A stretch of 64,000 nucleotides of DNA. Source: Gracilinanus agilis. Its lineage: Eukaryota. The notes under the pieces were generated by a model. That model searched no databases and was not told where the DNA came from. It was given only the letters and a program-made list of their open reading frames with translations. Position numbers and translations under genes: made by a program. Shown here piece by piece: positions 10,881-23,569 of this stretch. The stretch spans positions 106,341,301 to 106,405,300 of the forward strand of contig NC_058131.1 of assembly GCF_016433145.1 (NCBI RefSeq), in the 5' to 3' direction. Within the stretch, counting starts at the first letter, position 1. Each line of letters starts with the position of its first letter.

Positions 10881-11306
10881 GTATTTACAGTTGAAGAAAT
10901 GATGCCTCACATCGAGCATCTGAAAGGGGCCCACAGTAAGAACCTGTTTCTTAAAGACAAAAGGAAGAAGAGCTATTGGCTGGTAACTGTCCTTCACGAT
11001 AGGAAGATTAACTTGAACGAGCTGGCCAAGCAGCTGGGTGTGGGCAGTGGCAATCTGAGGTTTGCTGATGAGACGTCCATGCTGGAGAAGCTCCGAGTGG
11101 GCCAGGGCTGCGCCACGCCCCTGGCCCTTTTCTGCGACCAGGGAGACGTGACGTTTGTCCTGGACGCCGCTTTTCTGGAAGGCGGGTATGAGAAGGTGTA
11201 CTTCCATCCAATGACCAACACAGCCACAATGGGCCTGAGCCCTCATGACTTTCTCACCTTTGTGAAGAAGACTGGGCATGACCCTATAATATTAAAATTT
11301 GATTAA
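10881..11306 (+). CDS. PRORSD1: PRORSD1 coding exon 2 (VFTVEEMMPHIEHLKGAHSKNLFLKDK...GHDPIILKFD*); spliced protein 169 aa, YbaK/ProX (PrdX, ProXp-ala) tRNA-editing domain
   Basis: Acceptor ccttcctgttttgtag| at 10880, in phase with exon 1. Family motifs KNLFLK and GCATP (GxxxP) are present. TAA at 11304-11306. Confidence 0.96.
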   Translation, partial: VFTVEEMMPHIEHLKGAHSKNLFLKDKRKKSYWLVTVLHDRKINLNELAKQLGVGSGNLRFADETSMLEKLRVGQGCATPLALFCDQGDVTFVLDAAFLEGGYEKVYFHPMTNTATMGLSPHDFLTFVKKTGHDPIILKFD

Positions 11307-11326
11307 ACCAATGGGCCAGAACTTTG

Positions 11327-11332
11327 AATAAA
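11327..11332 (+). terminator. Probable proximal poly(A) signal of PRORSD1
   Basis: AATAAA 20 nt after the stop codon. Usage not demonstrated. Confidence 0.55.
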
Positions 11333-11989
11333 ATGTAACTTTGCAAACTGTCCCAAATGCTGAAATTTACTTTAAAATGATCAAGTATGGAGAAAATGAG
11401 AACTATCTTTAGGCCCAGAGCTAAACAATGGACATAAAGGATCTTCTAAGGAACTTCAGATGGGCTTGGGGCAATAATGAATAGCATGTGATAGGGGCAA
11501 GACCCAAGGGCTCCCAGTTACTTTAAAGCCTACTTTTAGCTGGAAATGATCAGAGAGCACTGAATACTGAGAGTAATATACTCTGGTAAAGGGGAGTTCG
11601 GGATAGAACTAAGAATCAATGTGGGTTGGAACAGTCTGTGAAAGGAACCCTCCAACCAGCTGATGGAGGCCTTCAAATGCTAGGCCAAGGCTCGAGGAGT
11701 CAGAAGACTCCATAAAATGATTTAATTTTTAGAGTTGGACGAGCAAGGTTGGCCAACTGTACCTAAGGCCACTCCTAATATGGCAATGCTATGACTAGGG
11801 GGTCAGGAGACTCTTCAAAACGTACTGCAGTTTGGGGATGAGAGAGTAGGAGTTAACAACAGGTTAGTTACACTTCTCTAAGCCTCAGTGCTCTCAAAAT
11901 CTGGGGTCATTCAGTATCACTGGCTTAAATGACAATGAAAAAAAAATCTTGGTGCTTAATGTCAGGCCATTCTGCCCAAGGAGTGACTG

Positions 11990-12220
11990 TCCGGTTTCTG
12001 TTAGGTGGTGCAGTCTGGAGTCAGGAAGATCCAAGTTAAAAATCTGATTCACTATCTTAAATGACCCTACACAAGTCACTTAATATTTGCTTCAATTTCC
12101 TCAATTGTAAAATGGCAAAAGCCCCTACTACCTCCAAGTGTCTCAAATGACTCAAATGAGAAAGTATTTGTAATGTGTTTAGCACAAAGGAGGCACTATA
12201 TAAATGCTTATTCTCCTCTC
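11990..12220 (+). mobile_element. MIR
   Basis: Core caagtcacttaa...caatttcctcaattgtaaaatgg. Confidence 0.7.
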
Positions 12221-13269
12221 TTCCCTGTTTGAAAACTTGGAACTTAATACTCTCAAAGGTGGTCCATTTCACTTTTTACATAGCTGTTAGGAAATGTTCT
12301 ATCAAGCCAAATTTGCCTCTTTAATTTTTACTGCCTAGTTTTATTTCCAGGAAGGGCTGGGGGAAGCACCAAGAAAGGAGGGGGAAGAAAATCTGAACAA
12401 ATCTAATCCCTTCCTAAGATAATCCTTAAAATATTTGAAGATATCTAAGAATTACAGAATTTCAGAGTATGTGTGCTCTAAATCTTTTCTAGGCTAAATT
12501 ATCACAGGTTTTTGCAACCAGTTCTCATATGACCTCATCCTTCCTTCCTAAATTATGTCAGAGCCCTTTTTTTTTTTGGCTTTTTATTTTTTAACAGAAT
12601 GCTCAATTTTCCATTATATATGAATATTAATTCTAAAATAAATAACTTAGATTTACTTTTTTTTAAATCCATTGTATATGAACAATCCTAAGCCAAAATC
12701 CTTGCATGTGTAACACAGTAAAGAATGTTAAGAGAAAATAAGTAAACGTTCACATTGTTTTTCTATGTGTATGTTACTATGTTTTCGTATTAACTACTTA
12801 CATAACTATTTTTAGACCGTACTACTATTAAAAAAGAGCCAGAAAAAGACCGAGAACCTATTTTGGTGGATCAGGGTAGAGGGAAACTTAATGGGGCATG
12901 AACAAAAATGTATTTATGACTGTGTGCCCATACACTGCTAAGCTCAGGGAATACAAATATTTTTAAATAGTCCCTAGTACTCAAGAAATTTCCATTCTCA
13001 GGTTGTTAACAGTGACCAGGAAAGGGGGGATTTTTCTGTGAAGGGGTGAGGTAAAGAGATTATGATGTCAGGCTAAATGGGCTAGTTTTGAATACACACC
13101 TAGTTCACCAAACAATTGGCTTGGGTCCTAGAACTCCAAAGATGAGTGGATTAACTTCCCCTGAACTAGGGCCTTGCATCTGAAGAACCTGGGGTAGATA
13201 TCCAGAGGGAGGTTTAAGTCACTGGGATAAAGCATTACCTTTATTTTCCTCCTTTTTCTTATAAAAATG

Positions 13270-14270
13270 AATTTTCTAGTCTTCTGGCCTAGACGGCTGC
13301 TGAACAGAGGCAGATCACCCTAGGTCCTACTCCAGCAAAAATACTAAATTAGTGCCAGACCAAATAATGACTGAGAAGGAAAACTACACTAAACAATTTT
13401 TTTCCATCCAAGAACTGTATTCTAAATCACCAAGACAAAATCCCACAGGAAAGGCGTCTGCCAAAAAAGCCAGTGCTGGTGCAGGCAAAAATAAGACAGC
13501 AGCGGGGCAGCTGGGTAGCTCAGTGGATTGAGAGCCAGGCCTAGAGACAAGAGGTCCTAGGTTCAAATCCAGCCTCAGACAAGTACTTCCCAGCTGTGTG
13601 ACCCTGGGCAAGTCACTTGACCCCCATTGCCTACCCTTACCAATCTTCCACCTATAAGTCAATACACAGAAGTTAAGGGTTTAAAAAAAAAAAAAAAAGA
13701 CAGCAGCTCCCCAGCCCAGAAACATCTAGCTTTAAGTACCCCGAGTCCAGAGACAGGAAAAATGGAAGGTCCCTCATGAAAGATTCAGGGCAGGGCAGGG
13801 TAATCAGAAAGCGCACAGGTGAGGACCTTGGAACAGGTGAGGCCCTTGGAAAGCACAATGGTCAGCAGCATAAAAGCATTTGGAGGTCCCTAGCACTTTG
13901 TCCTGCTCCTGAGAGGCTCTTAAGGACCCTGAAGATCTAGCACTCTGAACTTTTTAGATTAAATCGGGGGTTTGACTCTAGGAACCAAACAGGCCCAAAA
14001 AACCTATTCAGAAGTTCAGAAAAGGATGGAAACTGGTCCTTGTAGAAAGCTCCAGTTCAGGAACTAAAATTGGGGAGATGAGTACATCAAAGAAAACAAT
14101 GTCCAAAAAAATGAGGTCCATGAGATAACAGGTCAAGGAAAGATAATTTAAAAGTCACTGGGCTTCCTGAAAATCATGACTATTTAGAACTACAGTTCTT
14201 AAACAACAAAATTAAGATAGAGTCCACTGGATCACTTACTGAAAGAAATCCCAAAAATAAAATTGTGAGG
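13270..14270 (+). mobile_element. L1 5'UTR/ORF1 relic, interrupted by a SINE at 13504
   Basis: L1-like 5' motifs and degenerate ORF1 segments (atagagtccactggatc...gaaagaaatcccaaa). Confidence 0.55.
13504..13698 (+). mobile_element. SINE1_Mdo-like SINE (young)
   Basis: A tail and TSD aagacagcagc. Confidence 0.92.
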
Positions 14271-14974
14271 AATGTCATAGGAGTTCAAGTACCAAGTATT
14301 TAGTCTAAAGAAGATAAAGACTTAGTGGTTACATGGCAGCCAAACGTTTAGAAGGATTAGGCTTGTTTTGTTTGACCGAGAAGGAAGGACTAGAAGACGA
14401 CTATGCAGACCAAATGAAAAATTGGAATTCTTCATCTCTAAAGATTTCTCAAATGGAGGCTAGATGACAATTTGTTGGAAATATTGTAGAAAGAATTCTG
14501 ATTTTAAGTTGGACTAAATGAATCCTGAGAGATCCCTTCCAAATCTGAGAAGTGAAAAATTTCATAGACTTGAGAATAGCTGTTTCTAATATAAAGAAAT
14601 TTTGAAAATCTTTTCTCAATTATGTTAAAAGGTATTGTTAGAGAGGTGTTGGGGGATTCAAAATGACATTTTGTCATTCCAAACTGCCACACAGCTAAAA
14701 TTAATTTTTGTAGTTTTAATGATCATTAGTTATAAAAATTCAATTCTATCTTGAGTCTCTTTTGACAACAGATAACAGAACTTCAAATGAACACATTTTT
14801 AAAGAATACCTGTGTCAAAAACTAAAATCTTCAAGAAATGAAGGTAAAAAAAACAAACAAACCCAAAACAAAAAAGCAGGATTAATTCCTAAAGTGTTCA
14901 GGGATCATCAAATGTTCAGATCATTTACCACAAGTCCAGATTCCCAACAGTGTGTTTTAAAGGAAATGTTACAG

Positions 14975-17900
14975 AATTTGTATTATTTGATTTGGTATTT
15001 AATAACAGTTATATAAGTACAATGGCAGACATTTAGAAAGAGAGCCCTTGATTAAAAAAAAAGACAATTTTAAATAAGAAAGTTTTGTTAAAGATTGTTA
15101 TAAGTGCCACTTTACCCATAAGCATTCCCTTTAAGGCATTTCCATTATTATCAAACTATTTAAACATGTACACAAAGGTTTACATTTGATAATGGGCTCC
15201 TTTTTTGAACCTGCTTCATTAATTCCAAACAAATATTAAAGAAAGAAAAATACAACTTGGGATTAAATGTAGCCAGGAAAAAAACATGTTTTCATAAGAA
15301 GCAACTTAAAAATTCTCAAGTTATTTATTACACATGCTCTCCTCCCATGTATTTCCAGTTTTTTTTTGTTTTTGTTTTTGTTTTTGTTTTTTTTTTGCAA
15401 CACATTTTTCACTCCTAACAAAGTATTAGCTAACAAAGTATGGGATGTGAGAAGTGGCTGCAATTCAATAATGAGCACAAGTAAATTTTAAAGAGGGTTT
15501 TACTATGCCCTGGCATGAAAGGTGCTACATACAAACCTGTTTCATTTAATTCTTTGGTAATCACCAACCCCAAAACTTAGACCAAAAACTTCTACATATG
15601 CCTCTGTGTGAAGCACTATTTAGTAGAATGAATCTTTTGTGGCTATCAAAAATGAGACTATGACCCTATATGTTGAATTTTTTTTTCTTGAGACTGAGCT
15701 TTTGGTTCAGGTGAAACCAAAATACTATACAAGCAGGCCAGAGGAAAAAATGTCATCATTTCAGATTCTAGTAGGGTAGATCTGTGATTTGACTGAGGAA
15801 GATTGTACATGAAAAAAAGTGCTGTCCACCTAATAGGGTCTCCTCATGAAACGGGAAATGAGAAATTTTTATGGCAGTTATCTCCATCAAGTACAGTTAA
15901 AACTATTCAGTAACCATCTTGTTTCTCCTCAGTTGCTTCCTCCCGGGTTACTTTAGGTTAAATTCCCAGCCTACTTAAAATGGTACCATTTTGGACTGCC
16001 CTTAAGCTCTTTCCACTTCTAAGGTTGTACTACGTTCCTGAAATAACCCAGCAGGATTACTGTTTTAGGATATTAATGTTGCAGGGAGGCTAACCTATGA
16101 TTATCAGACCCCTTTTGGCAACTTATTACATGGCAGATTTCAGTGATGGCCCCAGGACATGTGCTATTTGCAAAGTAGATGTTATCTGATAGAAATCTAA
16201 GTCTCTTTTAATTGAATGTATTTAGCTAAAACATAATTTTCACTTTTTATTCCCAAATTTACTGACTTGGAATCAAATTGGTATATTTTTTTACATGTAT
16301 GTTTCTTTAGATTGGGATGCTACCCACTGATCATTTCTTTTAGTTTAAGAAGCCATTAGAGATTTTGGTCATCTAACAATGTTTTGAAATTTTCTTAAAG
16401 TCCAGAGAATAGATTTGAAACATGTCTTCTGTGCAGTTTTGTGTATGTTTACATAGCACCTTTCATCCATGGGTATCAGAGTTGTCTTAACTTTACAATA
16501 TTATATGGCAGCAAATGTGATTTGTTTTAGGGATGGAAAAATAAAAATCAAGTAAAAGTGGCATTAAGGATAGACCCAAGTTACCCTATTTTCCGCTAAA
16601 AATCTGATTAAAACATCATGCTGTCTGGATTTCTCTGAGACAATACAGTTTTAAAATACAATATCATTAGTGGCAATCATTCAACAAAAAGAAACTCTTT
16701 GTATGACTGCTAGATTAGTGATGAAACAAACAGTTCATAAACCACATACAGAAATATATGGAAAAAAACCATATACATCAAATATGGAAAATCTCAAAAA
16801 TGTCTTTGTAAGCTGGTACTGAGAGCCTAAGAAGTAAACTCCTAATATTTAAAAAAAACAAAACAAAAACTTATTTCTCATTTCAAACTTGTATGAATAT
16901 TATGAAACTCTATAAATACAGACTGAGGTTGAGTAATCAATTCCCATTAATAGGCATTTTCATTTCTATGTTACTAAGAAAATAAAACTGATATTAATAT
17001 AAAATGGGAATTACTACAAAATCCATGTATATTTCCCTGGGTTAACTAAATTTATTCTTTTGTGCTTCTTGCAAATGTTTAGAGTAACAAATGCATACAA
17101 ATATTTCAAAAGTACCAATAATAGTTATCAATTTTAATGTAAAGTTACAAAGGACAAAAAAGTTTTTTATTAATAAATGATTCTCAATAATTAAATGAGT
17201 TCCTGGCAAAATGCAGATCATATGAAATTATTTACATTATTTTTTTTGCCATAAGAAAACCTCTTAAGCAATAGTCAGCTCTCATGTAAAAATAACAAAA
17301 ACCAAAAAACCTCAATATCAAAGGAAGAAAATGAGTTAAAATATTTAGAGTAAGACAGCTTTATCCTGGGAATGCCATTTGTTGAGGGAGTAGGGGTTGG
17401 GGTTGGGTTGGGAAGGGGAAAACCACCTCATTTTTTAAAGTTCCAGAAAATCACTCATTAACTGGCTTACATCCACATCCATGTATGTTTGCTTAGTGTT
17501 CCTTTGTGATGAAAATGGTGAACATGGAAAGCATATGAATTTCAGTGCTAATTTTTAATAGCTCCTATTTTATTGTAGAGTTCTCAGACATGTCTTCCCA
17601 CAAACTCAAATTTTCTTGTAGTATGCACCAAAATAATTGGAAGGACTTTTTAAAGAGTAACATCATGCAGTCTGCCAACCAAAAATAGGCAGTGACATGC
17701 CAAAAATTTTTTGTACCTGGATATATTGTACAGTCCACAAAATACAAGAGCATTAATTTAGATTTACAGAACTAAATATAAATGGCTAGATTTGGGCTAA
17801 TTAGCAGAAGCATTGAGCAATCAATGGCTAACTTCTTGAACAAATGATGAAAGTAGATTGTTCTTGGAGTAATTCTTGAAACAATAAAATACTCGGTTCT

Positions 17901-18914
17901 CAGGGAGAGGAGAACTGTCCTTTATTCAGTAGATCTTACCAACAGTTCAAAGTGCTACAAGTCCTAAGACCTTCTAAAAATTTTGGCAGTTGATCCGGTA
18001 GTGCTCCTTGATTCAAGGAAGGAAGGAAGGAAGGTTTGCATTTCTTGCCTGCTCTATTCACGAAGGATTGTTAAAAGTTCCCTTAAAGTTTTTTTGTTTT
18101 TTTTTTTTTGTTTTTAATGACTCCTACAGTCGGCTGTCTTGTTACTTCAGAAATAAAGGCTTCATACTGAGATACTGAAGGACACTTTCTCTCTCTGTTT
18201 AGTTGAAAGGCAGAAAGAAGAAAGAAAATATGAGAAAAGCTTAAAGGTTTCAAAGAGTTCTATAATACAGAAAAGGTACTAAAGAACTAGCCACATGCAC
18301 CAGACATATTTTAATAGGGATAAGAAAGTGACAGAATTCCAGCAACAATTTTCCTATAATAGCTTAAAAATATCAAACCTTCAAAAGAAATACTTTACCA
18401 AAATCACCAATTTGTTCCTCCAATAATTATGCTTTGTTGTGTATCCCCCCTCCCCAGGTGAAAAAAAAAAGGCTCAATTTGTAGTTAATTACAACTTTAC
18501 ATATGTTTTAAAATTTTCAGAAACTGAATTTAAAAAAAAATCAACTTTAACAATTCTAGAAAGTTATTAAGTAGCATGACTAAATTTATAAAAAGAAAAT
18601 GTTATTTTGCATACCATTTTCCCCTTCTTCCCTCACTCCCCAAATAAAAACCTTTAAGGAGGGTTTCTTTTGCTCACTGCCCAGGCAAGCAAAACAAACA
18701 ACAGCAACAGAATATGACTTTAATAGTAAAGAGAGAAAACCAATTAATTAATCAAGCAAGCAATATTTATATCTGTTAATGCAATGTGCACTTACGCTCA
18801 CGCTTAATGCTGTTAGTTTCATTTTATTTTTAAATAAATGAGACTAATCTCATTTACATTTTGGGCAGGAAACTCACCACTTGGCCCACATCTCATGTAG
18901 TGGGGGCAATAGAA
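14975..18914 (-). other. CCDC88A: Probable CCDC88A short-isoform 3'UTR (~3.9 kb)
   Basis: AT-rich with no recognisable SINE/LINE. ATTAAA at 14998-15003 (-) has an upstream TGTA and a downstream GT-rich tract. Other AATAAA hexamers at 18823-18828, 17166-17171 and 16246-16251. The end is inferred. Confidence 0.5.
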
Positions 18915-18979
18915 TTAGGAGCTTTGTTGCTCCCTAGACCTGCTTTTTGAATTCCTGCTTTCTTGTATAGTGTCCACAT
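18915..18979 (-). CDS. CCDC88A: CCDC88A short-isoform terminal coding exon (N)VDTIQESRNSKSRSREQQSS*
   Basis: ttttcctgcag|AT acceptor, phase 1 matching the 23104 donor. Canonical Girdin end SRSREQQSS. TAA at 18915-18917. Confidence 0.95.
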
Positions 18980-20074
18980 CTGCAGGAAAAAAGCATTTCA
19001 TGTTATTTAATTAGCCAAAGATTTGGGAGAAGGGTATTAATCTGACTGAAAAAGGATATAATTATTACCAAATAAAGATTGCATTTTCAACTTTTTAATG
19101 TATAATAGGTTTAAGTATTACATTTATTCACTTGAATGGTTGTGTTGTTTGTAAAGCAGAAAATAATGACTGCATGCAGTAGAGGAAACATGCACAATGC
19201 AATATTTTTATTCTTTACTAATAAAAACAGGAGTTCAAGAAAATTTTATAAAGGGAAAAGTATAATTGCTCATAGCAAAAAACACCTAAAATTTGCCTTG
19301 GACCAAGAAATAATTACTGCGAAATGTCAAAAGGCTAATGGATATAATTTCTCAGAATCCAGGCCTTATATGTTTCAGATGCCTCAGTTTCCTAATATGT
19401 AGAATAAAAGAGTTAGAGCTCTAAAATTTCAATGATTCAGTAAAAGACAGAAAAACAGAAGTTTTGGTGTTTAGGGGCACAAGCTTTTGATTATCTTTAC
19501 CAGAGCTGATGATCTCTGGGGAAGTTCTATCTTAAGTTCTCAATTATTTCAAAAGATTGACTGTTAGTATTACCATAAATTATACATAACGTTTGTGTTT
19601 GTATATTTTGAGAGTAGTATATATGTTATATATATACACACACAGATATATACAGGCATAAGTAAGCACAAACTATGTATCCTCTAACTAAGTAAAAATA
19701 GTTCCTCAGAGATCTAAATGTGAGAAGTAAAATCTTCCTTAAGATAAATTTCTAAATATTTTTGTAGTAGTTAAATATATATGTATACTATAATAATCCA
19801 GGAGTGCTCTCAACTCAAATCTGAGTAGGCTAAAAAAATAAAAAGCCTTGCTTGACAAAATTAGTATTAAATAGTGGCACAGGACAGTTATATGAGGTAC
19901 CATTACTTTTAAAAATATTCTACTGTGATTATTTTGATGCTATTACTTTTGTTATAGGAAATTAAAAGAATAAACTAGGCTAAAGAATGAATGGATGTAA
20001 ATGAATAAAGTGAATGAATCACATTTGGCCATTTATAGAGATGATTTCTTAAAAATCTAATTTGTCAATGGATT

Positions 20075-20180
20075 AGTTATTAAGAGTATATTCTTTTTTA
20101 TTCTTTTTAAGTTATTAAATACTAAGAGTATATCCTTTTTTAAAGTTATTAAATATTAAGAGTATATTCTTTTTTAAAGT
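20075..20180. repeat. Imperfect ~34-bp tandem repeat, ~3 copies (taagagtatattcttttttaaagttattaaata)
   Basis: Seen directly. Confidence 0.8.
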
Positions 20181-20959
20181 AACATCTTATATTTAAGGTA
20201 AAGACTTAAAGATTAGATTCATGACACTTAAAATTGTGATAAACTATAAAAAATGGGCAGTTTTCATAAATTTAGAGACATCTACATCTATACTGCATAT
20301 GGAACAAGATAATTTTTGTTTCTATAAGTTGCATGGATTGAATCTACTTTTAGATTATGGTACTAATAGCATTTAACACTGAAAATATTGAGATTGTGTT
20401 GTTGTACAAGTAGTTAGGAAAAATAGACTCATTTCTCATGTTGAAAAATCTGTTAGGAAGGAGGATAAAAAGTATTGATTCATCTGTATTACATCTGCAG
20501 CAAGACTCTTTTTAGAGATAATTGGCTATGAAACACATAGGAAGCCAAAAACACGAATGAGAATGGCCTAGCCCTTTCGAATACTGTCCTATGAGAACAG
20601 AAAGACTAATTATCTAAAACATGCTTTTATCAAACAAAGGATCTCTAGACATCTTTTTCATTCATTTTTTCTTGGATAATTTTCTACCACTTAAGAAGTC
20701 TTACTTTAAGACATTTCTTTCTGAGCACCAGATTAAACTGCTTTTGGCTATATTCATATTGAAAATGCTGGTAAAAATAATTAAAGAGGAAGATCAGAAG
20801 TCCAACTTGTTTTCTGCAAGGAACTGGACATTGCGATTTTATAGTTTTAAGAACTTGGCACAGGTCCCATATGTACAAAAATATTTAAGGCAGTACTTTT
20901 CAAAAAGGCATGTAATGAGGCATTATTAGGCCCCAAGAAATAGTGCATATGCAGAATTC

Positions 20960-21300
20960 AGGAAAACCTGGCAAAGTACATCTGAAGTGATGCAAGGAGA
21001 AGTAAGTGGTGACCAAAGAGAGCCATTTGTAAAATGTAATAATGTAAAAGAAAATAATACTGAAAGATATCAGTGACCAAAATTGACTTCAGAGGATGCA
21101 AAGTGAAATATACTCTTTCTCCTCTTGGCAAAGAGGTGGTGGACTACAAGATGTGGACAAAGGAATTCTCAGTTTGTCAGATATGATACCAAGTTGTTGA
21201 TTTGTAGCTTTTTACATCTTTGTTATGAGAATGTTCTATTCGGTGTGAAAGGAATCACTAAAAAATGAAGGACATGTTAAAAAAAAACCAACAAAACATT
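20960..21300 (+). mobile_element. Old L1 3' end relic
   Basis: Degenerate L1 3' motifs ending in an A-rich tract. Confidence 0.5.
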
Positions 21301-21877
21301 TATCTATTTTAAAAAAAGAACAAGAGATCAAATTTGCCTAGTTTTATTTTCAAAGATCTGCTATACCTAAATTATTGAACCTATCAAGTATTTTTCTCAA
21401 ACTCTTTACTAAAAAAAAAAAATACCACAAAAACTTGCTAGGATATATGCTTAAAACAAATGTAAGAAATCATACTGTGCATAAAGAAGGTAATTTTAAA
21501 AGCCCTGAATTACAATTTTAGAGTTTTATGCTTTTTTTATGTTTTTTTTCAAAAACCTTCATTTTTGCTAGCAACTATTTTAGTTCAAATATTAAAAAAT
21601 ATTAATCATAGAGCTAATAACTCCTAAATACTTTTCTTCCATTTTCTAATTTAGATATTTTTTATTATTAGTGCACAAGAATCCCACCACAATGTTATGA
21701 TTGTTTATTATCATCATATACTATATTAAAAAGTAAAGAAAGTTATTGTACTATTTGATTCTATGGAAAATTCATCCTAAGTAGATATAATAGTATTGTG
21801 CATGTCTATACACCAGAGAGAATTGAAAAAAAAAAAACAGAAAAGAATTAAGGAAAAAGTCCCTAGTTACAATTAAT

Positions 21878-21883
21878 TTTATT
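21878..21883 (-). terminator. Candidate poly(A) signal for the long (PDZ-motif) isoform
   Basis: AATAAA on - about 680 nt after the long-isoform stop, before an old L1 relic at ~20960-21300. Another AATAAA lies at 21661-21666. Confidence 0.3.
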
Positions 21884-22558
21884 GACCACTCAAAAAATCC
21901 ATTCCTTTGAGTGTTAACAATGCCTTAAATCTGAACAATGTTTATAAATATGGACTCTGGTTCATACTTGCAATGAATTAACTATGATTTGCACAAAAAG
22001 CAAAATCATATGCCATAAATAACTAAAGATTCTGAAATGTTTGTCTCATTAGTATTGTACATGTGTACATTGTGCAAAATGAAATGTGTATTCTACAATA
22101 AAAGGAAAAATGAATTTTCTTACTTAATTGTAAAAATGTATATAGATAATGCAATTAAAAAAAAGGACCAGAACACAATTTAGAAGCAATTTCTTTTGTT
22201 GAAATTTAGCTCAGAGGTTCCTTCCTTACAAAGCATGGCATGCAATTTTTAAAAACATGCTTTAGGTAAAACAAAGGTAACAAAATATTTTTGTCAGATG
22301 ATAAACAAAAATATGAAACATTAAGCTTGGATTGTTAAGGCTGGCAAAGGCATGCAAAAATATACAGTGCAATTAATATTTCATGCAAGCTTTGGTGTGG
22401 TTACAATTTTACATTCATACACATGCTGAACACGATACCACCATTCAAAAATTAAACATAAACCTAACCACAAAAGGCTTTTCAGTAGAAAGCTTCCTAA
22501 ATTAGGTAAGAGATCACACAAAGCACATGAGATGACATACATTTCAAATTTTTTTTTA

Positions 22559-23103
22559 TCATACACAACCATATTCATACCAAACAGTTTGATTATCCTC
22601 AGAGACCAATAATGGGGGTTCTATCTCACCAGGATTTAGACATGCAAGAGGAGTAATTTCACTGCTATTTAGAGACAACTGTGGCTTACTATTATTAGAT
22701 TTCTGGTTCTCAGAAGGCTGTTCATTATCTTTCTGTACAACTTGAAGTGATGAGACATATGTCTGATCATTAGTTTGGAAAGCTGGTCTTTGGGGTAACC
22801 CACTTATGTTACTAACTAATTCTGTATTCAAGGATAAAAATGGCTGGGCTAGATGACTCACAGAAAAGGGTCCTGCACTTTCATTAGCTAATACTCCTAC
22901 TGTGTCACTAAACACATTAATGGTTGCAAAGGATTTGTCATGAAAATTTGACCTTTCAGTTCTTGAATTTCTAGTCTGAGCAGAGGTAGACACAACATAA
23001 GCTGAGTGCATAGCTGTGGTTAAATCACTTTGTGAAAGGGAATCTAAAATATATGTGGAACTGTGAACTAAATTGGGGGGCTGTTGATGTACACAGTACT
23101 CAC
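22559..23103 (-). CDS. CCDC88A: CCDC88A long-isoform (GIV-L type) read-through extension ending EDNQTVWYEYGCV* (PDZ-binding motif)
   Basis: The frame stays open 545 nt past the gtgagt donor to TGA at 22559-22561. The terminus matches the Daple/GIV-L class motif. Confidence 0.88.
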
Positions 23104-23569
23104 TAGATGTTGATGGGGTGTTATCAGCTGTAGATGGTGATGGATCAACTGACACAGGCTGTCTACTGTCCTTGGACAAAAAGTCATGAATGCTTGTCCT
23201 TCGAGTAGTGCCCTCAGCTGTAGAGATGACACTGCTTGCACGAGGTAAAGTAGCATATGGGTTACTATCTTTTGATTGTCGTTGTGACACAGAGGTTTCT
23301 TTCACTAACTTGACCTTTCCTTGAGTGCTTGATGACGTAAGTTTTCCTGGAGAACCAATGAAGTAAGAATCTTCAGGCTTTCGAGGACTGGGCCTCACGA
23401 GCTGGTCAGCCTTAGTTGATCGTCCATCAGAAAAGTCAGCTATGGTTTTTCCACTTACTGACCTAACAAGACCACAGCTAACTGCCTTTTCTCTTCCCAT
23501 AAAATCAGGAGAGACAGATAAACTTTTCATTACTTCATCTAAAAGATTTTCTTGGCTTGAAGACTTCAT
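23104..23569 (-). CDS. CCDC88A: CCDC88A penultimate exon MKSSSQENLLDEVMK...EDSYFI...SNPYATLPR...TPSTS (short-isoform donor at 23104)
   Basis: ctacag|ATG acceptor and internal A|gtgagt donor. 466 nt, phase 0 to 1. The two PI3K-recruiting tyrosine contexts are recognisable. Confidence 0.94.

Noticed and set aside
10746-11279. 177-aa minus-strand ORF (and ORFs 10994-11227, 11008-11229)
   Set aside because: Antisense shadow of the GC-rich PRORSD1 exon 2, with no independent signals.
10899-11306. 135-aa ORF starting MMPHIEH as the full PRORSD1 protein
   Set aside because: The true start is in exon 1 at 9394; this ATG is internal.
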